This document shows, piece by piece, positions 13,635-26,060 of a stretch of 49,312 bases of DNA. Position numbers and translations under genes: made by a program. Within the stretch, counting starts at the first letter, position 1; the number at the start of each line of letters is the position of its first letter. This stretch comes from Anthoceros angustus (taxonomy: Eukaryota; Plantae; Anthocerotophyta), in assembly GCA_010909165.1 (NCBI GenBank), contig VJWM01000345.1:1-49312 (forward strand), in the 5' to 3' direction. Below the pieces are notes generated by a model that saw only the letters and a program-made list of their open reading frames with translations, was not told the origin of the DNA and did not search any database.

Positions 13635-14631
13635 CCAGATCTATTATACACGGGTTGCTTAATAGTGATGGGTGCTCAGGAAACGCATTGGTAGTGACAT
13701 TTTATTTAGGTTTAATGTAGATCAATTATAGAATTAAGATAATTACATTGCGTATGTTCAAAAAAGGAAAAGCAATTTGCTTATGCATGAAAAGACAACT
13801 TAACTTAGATGAAAAGGCATGTCTATTCACTAAGCGATGTAACCCTAACAAAAAGGTATTTAATAATTAATTCTAAGCACACTACCCTATATTTGTGATG
13901 GTTAACTAAAACCCTAAACCCATCATGATGTCAACACTCTATTTCATCACTCCCACTTGTTGATCATGAGTGGGTCAGTCTTCTCTTGCGCGAGCTCCAT
14001 GTGAAGATTGAGGTTGAGTCATGGACCATGCGGTGGTGGTGAGGCTCATGTGTATTGTTACGTCCAAATTCAATTGACACAATGGATTATGCCAGTGTGA
14101 AGCCACTGGAGATGAGGTGCGCTCCCTTTATAATCCCTCTTTACTTTTGAGCTTTATTACCATTGAGCACTTGAGAGGAAGATTGCTCGCTCATGATATC
14201 GCCTCCTCATCCTCCAAAGTTTTCGCACCCAACCCGATACCTACCGAGGGACCTAGAGGTCCACAACTAGGATTTACTCACTGCCTGCTCCTACGAGGCA
14301 AGGCAAAACATCACCAAGCTGGTGAAATAGCAGATGTGGCTTTCTCGAACCTTCCTGCCACCCTTGTCGCGGTCAAATTGAATGGGTTGAACAACTCTCC
14401 TTGGATATCTAAATTGAACGGCTTTTCATGGTATAAAGTCTTGCTCTTCGTTCAAACCTTGCTACTACAAAGTTGCAGATGCAGGATAATAGTATGTAGT
14501 GGAAAATAAGAGCTCCATCTGCCACAAAAGCTTTCAATTTGACAAGCAAATAATGAATGAAAATCACACACATGGTGGAAAGGAATTCTCATATGTTATC
14601 GCATGAACACCCACAACTCCTTTTGAGGCTA

Positions 14632-17356
14632 GGCGCCTGCTTGCACAAGCAACTCGGAGGTGATGAGTACATGCTCATAACCGCAATGTTGCAAATCCTG
14701 TTCTTTGCTTGACATGGCTGGTGCGAACCACAACAGGTTTGCTTGAAAAGATAAATGTTAGAAGATGCGTGCACTATTGGTTCTAATTGCTCAAAGCTAT
14801 CTACATCAGTAAGTGTCCACAGATTTAAGCACAGGCTACCTTTATATCAAGGACCAACAGAACTGAGAAATGCTACAACGCCTGGGCTAAGTGCCCATGC
14901 TGGTATCAGCCATGTCGCATACAACATGTGGCGGAAGAGACTCACAAAGATACGGTTCGCTCTCGAGATGTACACTCTCAAAGATGCACCACTCACTAGC
15001 CACCAGCCAGCCACAATCGCTTGCTACCTTGCATCGTAACGCGCCACTGCACACCTGCCGCCAGCTGCCACGCACTTGCTAAGCTCGCTTGTACTTTTCG
15101 AGTCGCCGAGCTCGATCGCAGTTCCTCTACCACCGCACCGCTTGCCATTCTCGCGTTTAACAACCGAGCTGACTCACCCGACTGCGGCGCCTCCCACCAT
15201 GGTGGTCCCTTGCCTACCTACCACGCCTCACTTGCCTTGCTCACCACTGCCTTGATTGCCTTGCTCACCCGCCATCCGGATCACTTGTTTCGATCCTTGC
15301 TCACGCATCACCCATTACCACGACAATAGCAAGTAAATGATGAGGCTATACTATCATCGTGCCTAGTATTTCAGCCCCGGCGATGACATGTTTTCAATGC
15401 GGAAGTGGTCGGAATGCAAAGTTGTCAGGCTTCATTAGCCTCGGGAGGTAGGTGAAGTCACACGCCCCCAATGCCACATAGATGTCACTGATCCACATTC
15501 ATGCCACCAACGGTTGTTGTAAAGCGAAAAGCGAGTGTATGCGATATCCTTTCACCACATACAATCAAGGTCTAATGTAAAACCGCTTGAGTGTGACATA
15601 TAAAGTGCATGATGTGGCATACGAACACACTTAAGAATTCATATGGGATGCGATCCCATGATATCTATGGGTTACATTGGATGTGGGGCAGCACTTGGGT
15701 CTAGCTGCCTAAGGGCGGCGTTCAAGGCCGGAGTGGATTTGGTCTTAACCTGTAAATCTTCAAAGGAGTTAGGCCTCTCCTCTCTCGTAAGACTCTTAAT
15801 ATTTGCTATACCTCACACACATGCATTCATACACACATACATATGACACTAAATACCAATGATGCCGGAGTACGAATATGTAGAACAACGAAAAGGCGGT
15901 TGATACCGCCGTCCTTCAAAAAAGAGGTTTGTACGGTCACCATCAACTCACAAAGGTAAAAAGAACCATGCATGCAATCTTGAAACAAGGGCGCCTGCTT
16001 TGCCAAACGCAACTCGGGAGTGATGAGTACATAGCTCATAACCGCAATGTTGCAAATCTGTTCTTTTGCTTGACATGGCCGGTGCGAACCACAACAGTTT
16101 GCTTGAAAAGATAAATGTTAGAAGATGCGTGCACTATTGGTTCTAATTGCTCAAAGCTATCTACATCAGTGTCCATTTTAAGCGTGCTACCTTTATATCA
16201 AGGACCAACAGAATCGAGAAATGCTACAACGCGGGCTAAGTGCCCATGTCGGGTATCGCCCATGTCGATACATACAACATGGCGGAAGAGACTCACAAAG
16301 ATACGGTACACAAAGCTCACGGAGATGTACACCGCCTCAAAGATGCACACCACTAGCCAGCCCGCCTAGCCACTGAATCGCCATACCTTGCATCGTAACG
16401 CCCGCCCTTGCACACCTCGCCGCCATCGCCGTCACACTGCGACTTGCTAAGCTCGCTATCGAGGTCGCCGAGCTCGATCGCAGGGGTTCCTTCAAGCGCT
16501 CGCACTTGCCATTCTCGCCGTTAAACCGAGGCCGCCTCAACCACCAGGCTGCTTTGCTTGCCTCCCACCATGGTGGTCCCTTGCCTACCTACCACGCCTC
16601 ACTTGCCTTGCTCACCACCTTTGCTTGATTGCCTTGCTCACCCGCCATCCGGATCACTTGTTTCGACGCCGCTCGCATCACCCATTACCACGACAATAGC
16701 AAGTAAATGATGAGGCTATATCATCGCGTATGCCTAGTATTCAGCCCCGATGACATGTTTTCATTAGTGCGGAAAAGTGGTCGAATGCAAAGTTGTCGAC
16801 TTCATTAGCCTGGAGGTAGGTGAAGTCACGACCGCCCTCAATGCCACATAGATGTCACGCCTGATCCACATTCATGCCACCAACGGTTGTTGTAAACGAA
16901 AACGATTATGCTGATATCCTTTCACCACATACAATCAAGGTCTAATGTAAAACCGCTTGAGTGTGACATATAAAGTGCATGATGTGGCATACGAACACAC
17001 TTAAGAATTCATATGGGATGCACCATGATATCTATGGGTTACATTGGATGTGGGGCAGCACTTGGGTCTAACTGCTAAGGTCGACGCTCATATCGGTGGA
17101 TTTGGTCTTAACCAGAATCTTCAAAGGAGTTAGGCCTCCCTCTCTCGTAAGACTCTTAATATCTGCTATACCTCACACACATGCATTCATACACACATAC
17201 ATATGACACTAAATACCAATGATGCCGGGTATGAAGATATGTAGAACAACGAAAAGACCGGTTGATAATTGCCGTCAGTCCTTCAAAGAAAGAGGTTTGT
17301 ACGGTCACCATCAACTCACAAAGCAAAAGAACCATGCATGCAATCTTGAAACAAGG
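14632..17356. repeat. Direct tandem duplication, unit ~1360 bp (14632-15989 and 15990-17356), content unidentified
   Basis: Both units start GGCGCCTGCTT...GTGATGAGTACA and end CATGCAATCTTGAAACAAGG. ORFs MLEDACTIGSNCSKLSTSVS start at 14755 and 16115. The copies differ by many small indels. Confidence 0.9.
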
Positions 17357-17944
17357 ACGTCGCTTGGGACACACACTCAATGATGATCGAGTTGAACACT
17401 TGATCAAGCAAGGGAATGGCTTGGATGAGCCAAATTTTGTCATGCGAAGACATCCAAGTGAACAGAGATAGGCCTGAGAATTGCCCTCTGTTTGCCTATG
17501 GCTCACTAGCCTTGACCTCTTATACATTCGTAAACCCAAGGGGGCACACCCTACAGCTAAGATGAGGGCCCGCCCTCCTCACAAATTCAAATTGCTTCCT
17601 ATCGCTTCCTGCAGTCTCGCTCCCTATCTATTCTCAGGCCCGTTTCACAAGCCTGGTATAAATCCTGACACACCTCATGTGATTGGAGGGTCAATTTGTA
17701 CCCGGTTCACAAGGACTAAATAACCCACACCCTGCCCTTACGTGGATGCCACGGCAGGTGTTTTCGATGAAAACACCGGGCAAGTCCGTGTTTTCTCGAC
17801 ATTTTTTGACCATGGACCAATGGCATAGGTGTCAATTCTTATTTTATGAGTTTTTACGTGATGTTATCCAACTTGTGAAAGGGCGCCAAAACTAGCAGAA
17901 CACGCCCAAGGTATGTGAAGGCCGCTCTCGAGAGCGGGGGGAGG

Positions 17945-18105
17945 AGAGTGCTCTTGGACAGGAGGAGAGTGCCCGCCTTTGAGCCGCAGGAGAGTGCTCG
18001 CTGTTGAGCCGCAGAGGAGAGTGCCCGCTTGAGCCGCAGAAGAGAGTGCCCGCCATTGAGCCGTGGAGGAGAATGCCCGCTGAGCCGCGCAGAAGAGTGC
18101 TCCAA
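17945..18105. repeat. Minisatellite, about six imperfect ~23-25-bp units (GAGAGTGCCCGCC(T)TGAGCCGCAG)
   Basis: GAGAGTGCCCGC and GAGCCGCAG recur; the translation shows repeated RALSSAAQ. Confidence 0.85.
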
Positions 18106-18626
18106 GAGCCGGCCCTTGACTTCGTGTGTGTGTGGAGGATCTCATCGTCGCCACGCTTGTGCCTTATTGTGAGGTAATTCAAGTGGCAATCGAATTTTGG
18201 ATGGCACAACGGGCTCTAAAGTTTCTTGACCTCGCTTGACATAACAAGCTCTCTATCTCAAGGTTTGGCGGTGTTTCTAGGCTTTTAGGTTTGGCTATGG
18301 TCAAGGGCAACAAGGTCATGGTGGTGAGTCTTCACTACAAAGACCTTCCCAAACTTTTCAAGTTATCTATTTGGCTCAGAGGAGTCGGCGTTCAAAGCTA
18401 CAACTTTGAATGCCCTCTCGACGTGGAGCCAACCTCCAAGTCAACAAATATCACAAGGATGCTCCCCTCATGAGCAGCAAGCATTCTCAATGCCTCTGCT
18501 TGGAAGTGTCATGCTAGGCTCTGGTTTCAAACAGCTTGCACCAGGCAATGTCATTGACCTAGAAACTGGTCATGAGGTTCCAATTTCACAGACACACAGG
18601 TCAAAGAAGGGGAAAAGCAAAAACAC

Positions 18627-19250
18627 TTGGAACTTGAAGGGAGGATCAGTTCAAGGACAAGTGGTGGAAGGGTCCACAATGGTGAACACCATACCATCCA
18701 CTTGATCCACCTTAGGGGTTCTATGGAGGAGGATTTCAACAAAGCACCCAAGCAAGGTATCGACGTGTGGAACAAGCTCTACACGAGATTGTGTGCGGTC
18801 TGCCCGGATTTCGACAAGGATTCTGAGGCATGTCGTCAGAAGCACAAGAGCCTTATGAAGGATTACAGGAAGGACAAAGCCGAGAACGAGACAAGTGGGC
18901 ATGGAAGGTCTGATAAATGTAAGTTTTTTGATCTCATGGATGAATACCATGGTAAACGTCCTGTGGTCAATTGCCATGCACATGCCAGCTCCCTTCCTAG
19001 GACATTTGCTAAGCCCGGGGGGAGCTCTGTGGACTCTACCATGGGCTCTACTTTTTTGGATGTCACAGATGGTTTGGAGAGTGAACCTGAGCCACCACTA
19101 GATGGTGAGCCCATACACCAGGAATCAGATGGTCAAGCCCCGTTAACATGTGGCCAAAAAGAGAACAAGGCAGGAAAGGGAGACCCAAGACTGGCAACTA
19201 TGGAACAGATGGCCAAGCACACAGAATGTTTATTACAAGAGTACGGTTGA
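18627..19250 (+). CDS. Harbinger Myb/SANT-like DNA-binding protein (start uncertain)
   Basis: LIHLRGSMEEDFNKAPKQGIDVWNKLY...DSEACRQKHKSLMKDYRKDK...GHGRSDKCKFFDLMDEYHGKRP is a trihelix/Myb_DNA-bind pattern, located inside the TIRs. Confidence 0.85.
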   Translation: MELEGRISSRTSGGRVHNGEHHTIHLIHLRGSMEEDFNKAPKQGIDVWNKLYTRLCAVCPDFDKDSEACRQKHKSLMKDYRKDKAENETSGHGRSDKCKFFDLMDEYHGKRPVVNCHAHASSLPRTFAKPGGSSVDSTMGSTFLDVTDGLESEPEPPLDGEPIHQESDGQAPLTCGQKENKAGKGDPRLATMEQMAKHTECLLQEYG

Positions 19251-19498
19251 AGTTGGTTGACTTTACTCCAATCCATGAACGCACACTTGGCAACTTGGCA
19301 ACATACTTGATGCACAAAACAGAACACACATGAGCTAGTTTTGGTAGAATTTGCATTTCTAGTTTCTATTGTTCACCTTGGTCTCGGACTTTGAGCCAAG
19401 GGCTGGTTTTGGAAATTTAAGTGTTTTAGTTTTATTGTTCACCTTCTCTCCGTCTCGCACTGGACCCAAAACCTCGTTTGCCCGTTTTCAAGCGCAAT

Positions 19499-20140
19499 TC
19501 ATACAAGCTTTTGGCTAAAGCCCTCCGACGCCACACCTTGTCTATAACCAGCCCTTGCATATGGGTTTTGGTCTCCACCATCGGCATGGTCTTCCACATT
19601 CACCATATTTCGTCTTTGCCCATGCTTATTATATGCATTGTTGATTTCATACAAAGTCTCTATGCCTTGAAGCTTCTTGTTGTGGAGTCCCCGATGATTG
19701 CTAGAAGCGGAGCTTTGAAGTTCAAGAGTAGCTTGATTGAACCATTCATCCTCAAAGCCATCATTACGCTCCACACACATGTTATGCAATACTAGGCATG
19801 CACTAACAACACAAGGCACATTTTTCAACTTCATATCATTTCTTTTAGCAAAATACTAAACCTACTTTTCAAAGATGCCGTATGTCCTTTCCACCACCAT
19901 TCGAGTACTAGATTGAATAAAATTCCAATTGGCTTCCTCCTGTAAATCCATCTTTATGCCCACGGAATGGAGTTAATAGATGTACCGAGGCCAATAACAG
20001 TCTCCCACTAAGGCAAACTCATCTAGCATACCGCTGACATCTCTTTCCAATTTCCACACCCCACAAGTTCCAATCATTCATGCCACTACCAACCGAAATC
20101 ATAATCCCAAACCATTCCTTTTGCATTCACTACTAATTAG
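19499..20140 (-). pseudogene. Harbinger transposase, C-terminal part only
   Basis: VNAKGMVWDYDFGW, EFALVGD, NFIQSSTRMVVERTYGIF and MKLKNVPCVVSACLVLHNMCVE. The N-terminal part and the first catalytic DG(S/T)H motif were not seen. Confidence 0.85.
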
Positions 20141-20812
20141 AAAAACACACCACAAGTTCTGTTCATGGGGATCCATGATAAACCCTAAGTGAAGCCCTCC
20201 ACTCAAAATCCAAGCTCCAAGCTCCAAGCTCCAACCTCCAACCTGCACACCTATGACACAAATGAAACGCCTTTGACCGCATAAGCTAGAGCCTTATATA
20301 CACCTCTATGGGTAAAATGGTGGGTCCATGTGAAAGAGCGTGGGACCACATGTGAAAAATATACCGGTTTTGTGAAGCGAGGAACGAGGAAAACCCCCAC
20401 CGTTGGCCATGCGGTGGTATACATGCCCACCGTGGCTCGACCACGCGCCACATGTCACCGACATGCGCTAAAATGTACCGGCTTGTGAAACAGGCCTCAT
20501 CATATGCCACAAACTAGGTAGGCGGGCAGGCTCTTGGCTTTGTTCAGCCGTATTCACACGTTCACATAAATTGACAATACGAATTTATAAAAAGCTTTAT
20601 AGGCACGCAAACATAATTTATATAGCAAAGAAAATAGAGACTACATCTACATCCATTGAGCAACGATCCGGTAAATCTTGGAATTTCGTTCTGTATTCTG
20701 TATTTCAAATGCACTTGTTGATAGCACTCGGAGTTTGATATATTTCAGCACCCATCGTTCTTTTCCTTGTGCACTTCGATCCTCCGACCACAGAAACAAT
20801 TCGTCGGCAAAC

Positions 20813-23800
20813 ATGGTGTTGCGCGACCTAATACTCGGGGCGGTGCCTCCTGCCAGCCTACCGATGGAGCTTCATCTGCATCCAATCCTTTTGGTGGTTT
20901 GGCTGATTCTCTCCTGGGATCTGCCTCCAAGTCCCAGGTTGGTGATCCTTCGTCTTATTTCTCAATGTCGGTGCTTCGTCTGTGCTTCACAGTGGCCTGT
21001 TTGCTTGTTTTGCAGGACATAGTCAGAATTTTCAGGTCTGACAGTGTCAGGTAGACAGAGTTCACCACAGTTGGCTGGCCTAGTGGACCCTGATCTCTTT
21101 ACCCGGATCAGAATTTGCACAACAGGAAGCGCCGCCATCCAACATACAGGTTGTGTATGGTGCCCGCACCCGTTTACTTTGGGATTCAATTCTAGAAGAT
21201 TGTAACTTCGCTTTCGCACCGCTGCTAACTTGGGAAGTATTCGTCAGGTAGATTTTCTGCGTCAGTTTTCCAACAGTGAGCATGGAGGATTTGATGACGC
21301 TTGGGAAGAAGCGAATGCCGCACAAATGCGGTCTATGTCAGGAAATTTTGAGCTCGATCGACTTCGGGAGTTTGAGGCTATCTACAATGAAGATACCGGC
21401 CCTCCAGGTACTAGTCTCCGTTTTGGTTCCATCTCAATTACTTGGGGCCGGTCTGTATTTTGTTCTCCGCAACCAATTGTCAAGTTGTATGCCCCTTCAA
21501 TCTTTGTTAATATTGCAAAGCAATTTGCACATGTGCAGTGCATCCACAAACTGCCCTCTCTGGCGTCCTTCATACGTTTTTGGAGAGTAGTCGAGCAGAA
21601 GCTGCATTTCCTACTTTCAGAATGCCGAAGCTAGGCCTGTCAGAATCTGATAAACGACGGATCAGAGACCGCAGCAGCATAATGGGTCGACACTTCTTTG
21701 CTGACAAAGGGGATGACTTCGCTACTGCTCAGGTATGCAGTGTCATCAAACTGGAATTCGTAAGTGGGACCTGACGTGGGTAGTTCAATCCTTCCCTTGT
21801 TTTGCATCTTAGACGGGCCTAACGGCAAGAACTGCAGGTTTCAGCGCTTTTACATTCCTTGGATATAGAGGATGGTCCCAGGAGAGCTGAGCCTCTGGGG
21901 TTTGATCAATATTGGAAGGAAGCTCAAGGATCATGGCCTGGTAACAGACAAGAAACTAATGGGTCTGGTGCTGGTATCAGCAGTTTCAACCCACTCTCAC
22001 AGGGTCAGACGTGGGCTGATGAATTCCATTTGCCAGAGAGTGATTCGTGGGCCGCTGAGTATGAGCAGGTTTGCCCGTGTTCTTAACCCAGCATTCCCTC
22101 TAAAGCAGTAATCTGGATGGGAGCAGCATTGGACAAGTCTATGATGGCTGATGGACATCTCTGTTGCTTTGTGATCAGAGCTGGGGCAAATGGTGAGAGG
22201 GGTTCATATGACTCAAAGTGATTCTGACAATCAATCGATTCTGAACCAGACGTCCTCACTAGTTCGTATACATTGTCTGAAAATCAGGATCCGAAATTCA
22301 AGGTTTGTGACTGCTGACATGCTGCCTCGTTGAGTTTGTGCGAAATGTTTTGGCAATCAAATATTAAGTAAGAGGTGCACACTTATGCAAGATTAAATGC
22401 CATCTCTTACTGGACTGTATTTGTGTTTGTAGAATTCAAAGTTTCTACAGTTTGTATCCAAGATGAGCAGAGGCGAGCTCATATTTGACAACAGCACTGA
22501 CTCATTAGAGATGGCAGATGATGGTGGCTGGGCAAATGAGTTCCAGGAACGCATTTCCGCAAGTGGTGATTCTGCGTGGGCAGGGGAGGTATTTCCCGGT
22601 TTTCAGTTTTATTGCATGTTTCAGCTGGAGATCTCTCCAGATTGATTAGTCTCACTGCTGCAGGGGTGTTCTTCAATGTTTGGAGACATTTTTTGCAGAG
22701 TGTACTTGATGTGAGCATGTATTCTTGTTTGTTATCCTGCTATCTGTCGCAATTCACTTTATCAGGTTTGGTTTCTTTGCAGCATAGAATGTTCAGGAAG
22801 TCATCTAATTATGTTGGAAGATAAGCATGCCCATTTCAAGAGGATTTGATTAGCTTTGTCTTCTGAATAAGGAAGTGGAGAGGGCATGTTACCAAGTCTA
22901 TTGTTTGAGCAGAAGTTTGTGGATATCTGCAGGGAACAGTGTTCTGTTGTGAGAACTTAATGCCTTGTTTTCTTCTGCAGCATGCTCATCGAGGAGACAA
23001 TTGGGTAGATGATTTTGTCCAGAGCAGGCAAGAGGAAGAGCCTACAAATTGAGAACTCTGACAATGATCAGACACGCAGCTGGGGTGATGAGTTTGGTGG
23101 CACCTGGGGTGATGAGTTTGGTGATCAAGTCAGCTAAGGGTTCCCTGGGTCATGATGCAGCATCGGGCTGGCTGGACACATATGATAAGTATGCTCCACT
23201 GGAAGCATGAGATCTGACTGTTAAGATTCCTGTGGAGTAGCTAAGGTAGAGCTGCTGCTGGTATGCACTGTTGATCTTCTCAGGGCCGTGTTTATAATCC
23301 TTGCTTCAATGTTGCAGGTTTGTAGAAGAGCAGCTTAAGCTGAATAACAATCAAGGCAGTGCTTCAAGGTTTGTGTATGGCTTTGCTGATCAGAATCCAT
23401 ATGTTGGGCATCCAAATCCGTTGAGGGAAGGGCAAGAGCTTTTTCGACGAGGATTGCTTAGTGAAGCTGTTCTTGCACCGAAGCTGAAGTTTTGAGAAAT
23501 CCTGACAATTCTGAGGCTTGGAGGTTACTTGGTATAACCCATGCTGAAAACGACGATGATCGCCAGGTGAGTACTGTGAACTGTCTCATCCTTATGAATT
23601 ATCTTCTATGCTATGAGTCAGGCATGGTGCTTGACTTTCATTCTAAGCTGGATGCAGTAAGTTCACTGCCTATTTCGTCATTTGCTCTTTTTTTACTTAT
23701 TTGATTGGTAATTGCTATGAAGGCCATTGCTTCCATGGTTCAAGCAAAATGCAGACCCCACTAATCTTGAAGTTCTCCTTGCACTGGGTGTGAGCCACAA

Positions 23801-25190
23801 ATGGTAATGTTATGACCAGATTCTAATCCTGACAGTCCCCTGGTACTCTGGTAGTTATTACATATTGAGCTCCTTTCAGTCTTTTGACAAGAGGGGAGCC
23901 TTGATTAGGTTGTAAGGAAGGTAGCAGGGTATGCAATGCTACAGGTTCTCAACAGTTACGTGTGTGTGTGTGTGTCTTATTTAATTGGACAGGTGTGAAA
24001 TGTGTTTCTGAATAGTTTGATGGTCATATACCAGAGCTGGAGCAGGCAGAAGCTCTACAGTACTTGCGGGGCTGGTTGCAAAATAATCCGAAGTACAGTC
24101 AGCTGGTTCAACCTGATGCTGCACAGCGTTTAAGTCATTCTGAGGTTATTTGTCCTAACCGTTTTACTCTAGGAATGGTCTGTTTCATGCCTTAATTGGT
24201 GATTTGGGCAAGTATTGACCTGTCCTGTGTTCTCCTGCTTTAGTTTCGTCTTCCATCATTTGAGCAAGCAAGGACTTGGACTACAATTTGGCAGTTTTGG
24301 ACGATGCAGTTACGCTGGGTAGCTGAAGTCTAGGCAGTTTCACTCGTGTGTGTAGGTTGTGGAACTTTTTAGAGCAGCGTCATTGTCTCGAAGATGGGGA
24401 TGTGCATACTGTTCTTGGAGTACTTTACAACCTCTCAAGGGAATATGAGAAAGCAATACATGCTTTTCAAACGGCATTGAAGTTGAAGCCAAGAGATTAT
24501 TCACTCTGGAATAAGCTTGGAGCCACGCAGGCAAACAGTGCACGAAGTGCTGATGCCATATTTGCATATCAACAGGTAAGTCAGATCACTGGTCTTGGAG
24601 TGAGTTACATGCTTGGTCTGTGCTGAATTTGTTTTGTTGTATGGCCCAGGCGCTTGAATTAAAACCAAATTATGTGCGTGCCTGGGCAAATATGGGCATC
24701 GGCTGCAAACCAGGTGAACCTCCAGTTAGTGTATGTGCAGCCAGCATTTGCAGCTCCTGACAGCAACAGCTTGGACATGGAACTTTTTGTGTTAATGCTT
24801 TGTTTCCCTCACTGAGTTCATGCTCTCACATTCCAGGGTCAGTGCAGGATTCGATCCAGTATTATGTAAGAGCTCTGTCGATGAATCGAAGGCTGACAAT
24901 GCTTGGCAGTATCTAAGGATGTCTATAAGGTCAGTCATGAGGTACTGATTTCTTTGTGCTGATGAGTGTTAATAAGTCACAGTCCAGCACAATCTGCCGT
25001 TATTTTTCTGGTTGGAATTTGTTTTGAGATCTTACATGTAGGTCAATGAAACAACTTGCTACCTGCTGCTTTATCTTACAGTATGGCGTGTTGCTCGTGG
25101 TATATGTGCAGCTGTGCGTCAAGACCCGATTTACTAGATGCCTGTGACAGGAAACAGATTGAAGTGCTTCAGAAGCACTACGGTCTGTGA
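20813..25190 (+). CDS. PEX5: Peroxisomal targeting signal 1 receptor (peroxin 5), multi-exon
   Basis: N-terminus MVLRDLILG..ASC...SNPFGGLADSLLGSASKSQ; LSESDKRRIRDRSSIMGRHFFADKG; WxxxF/Y repeats (WADEF, WAAEY, WANEF, WVDDF, WGDEF x2, WLDTY); TPR region NPYVGHPNPLREGQELFRRGLLSEA, AWRLLGITHAENDDDRQ, DYSLWNKLGATQANS, PNYVRAWANMG; ends ACDRKQIEVLQKHYGL*. Confidence 0.96.
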
Positions 25191-25919
25191 AGTGGCTCTT
25201 GGATTCATAGTAGAGGTGCTGGAGGATTTGGGCAGTACCATTTGGAAGTTTTCTGAACCTCGGATGTGCATTTGCTGGGGAGGCCTACAGTCACTTCCTG
25301 GCTGTCAGGCGTGGGACCAGCTTGGCGCTGGCTTTCAGGGAATTTCGTTAGAGTCGTCTTGCTTGCACTTTGATGCTTTGCTCTTTAGGTACGTAAGAGC
25401 AAGTGAATCTGTGGTTCTGCTGGTTACAATGGGAGACAGATGGAGCCTGTACACCAAATCATTTTAATCTGACAACACAGTGGGCGGTTCGTTGAAAGGG
25501 GTGCCGATCATGAGGTCTAAGATCAAAATGGTACCGTTTCCTGGGCTGTGAGCATTTTGCATGAGGTTACGTGGGCACATATCAACTTCTTCCCATTCCG
25601 ACCTGAACTCTGTCCATTCAAACCTCGAGACTGGGTAAGTTAGAGGTTGGTGTAATTCTTGGACAGCACAAACGCAGAGTCCACATTCTTATGAAGTCTA
25701 AAGTGTTGGACTTCAGTCCTTTCCTCTTGATCGAACAAGAAGTCTTAAGTCGATGTATTATGTGGGTGCTGGAAATGCAATACGATTTTGGAGGCACCCT
25801 GGAATTGAACTTGAGTGAATTTGAAAATTAAGTCCAAATTAGCTCAGAAGGTTATGTGGAAAGACCGTTTTGACATACGGGCCAGACGTACTTCGTTCAG
25901 GCCTCTAACATATGAGTGA

Positions 25920-26060
25920 CGAGACAAGCCTCTAACGGAAGAAGAAGAATTTTACCTCTAACAGAAGAAGAAGAAGAATTTTATTCAAGTCCACTAAGGA
26001 CGGATTGAGGCCTCTAAGAAGAAGAAGAAGAATTTTATTCAAGTCCACTAAGGATGGATT
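25920..26060. repeat. Short imperfect tandem repeats (CCTCTAA...GAAGAAGAATTTTA..., three partial copies)
   Basis: CCTCTAA, GAAGAAGAAGAATTTTA and TTCAAGTCCACTAAGGA recur. Confidence 0.75.

Larger units (their letters stand above)
17637..20496. mobile_element. PIF/Harbinger DNA transposon with both ends intact (probably non-autonomous)
   Basis: TCA|GGCCCGTTTCACAAGCCTGGTA ... TACCGGCTTGTGAAACAGGCC|TCA gives ~22-bp TIRs and a 3-bp target duplication (17634-36 and 20497-99). It contains convergent Myb-like and transposase genes. Confidence 0.9.

Noticed and set aside
17945-18105. CRISPR-like array
   Set aside because: Contiguous degenerate units without unique spacers, no cas genes, and located inside a eukaryotic transposon.
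20813-25190. PEX5 (and mPGES2, SIP) as pseudogenes
   Set aside because: Motifs and splice sites are well conserved; the defects are mostly single-base indels consistent with long-read error.
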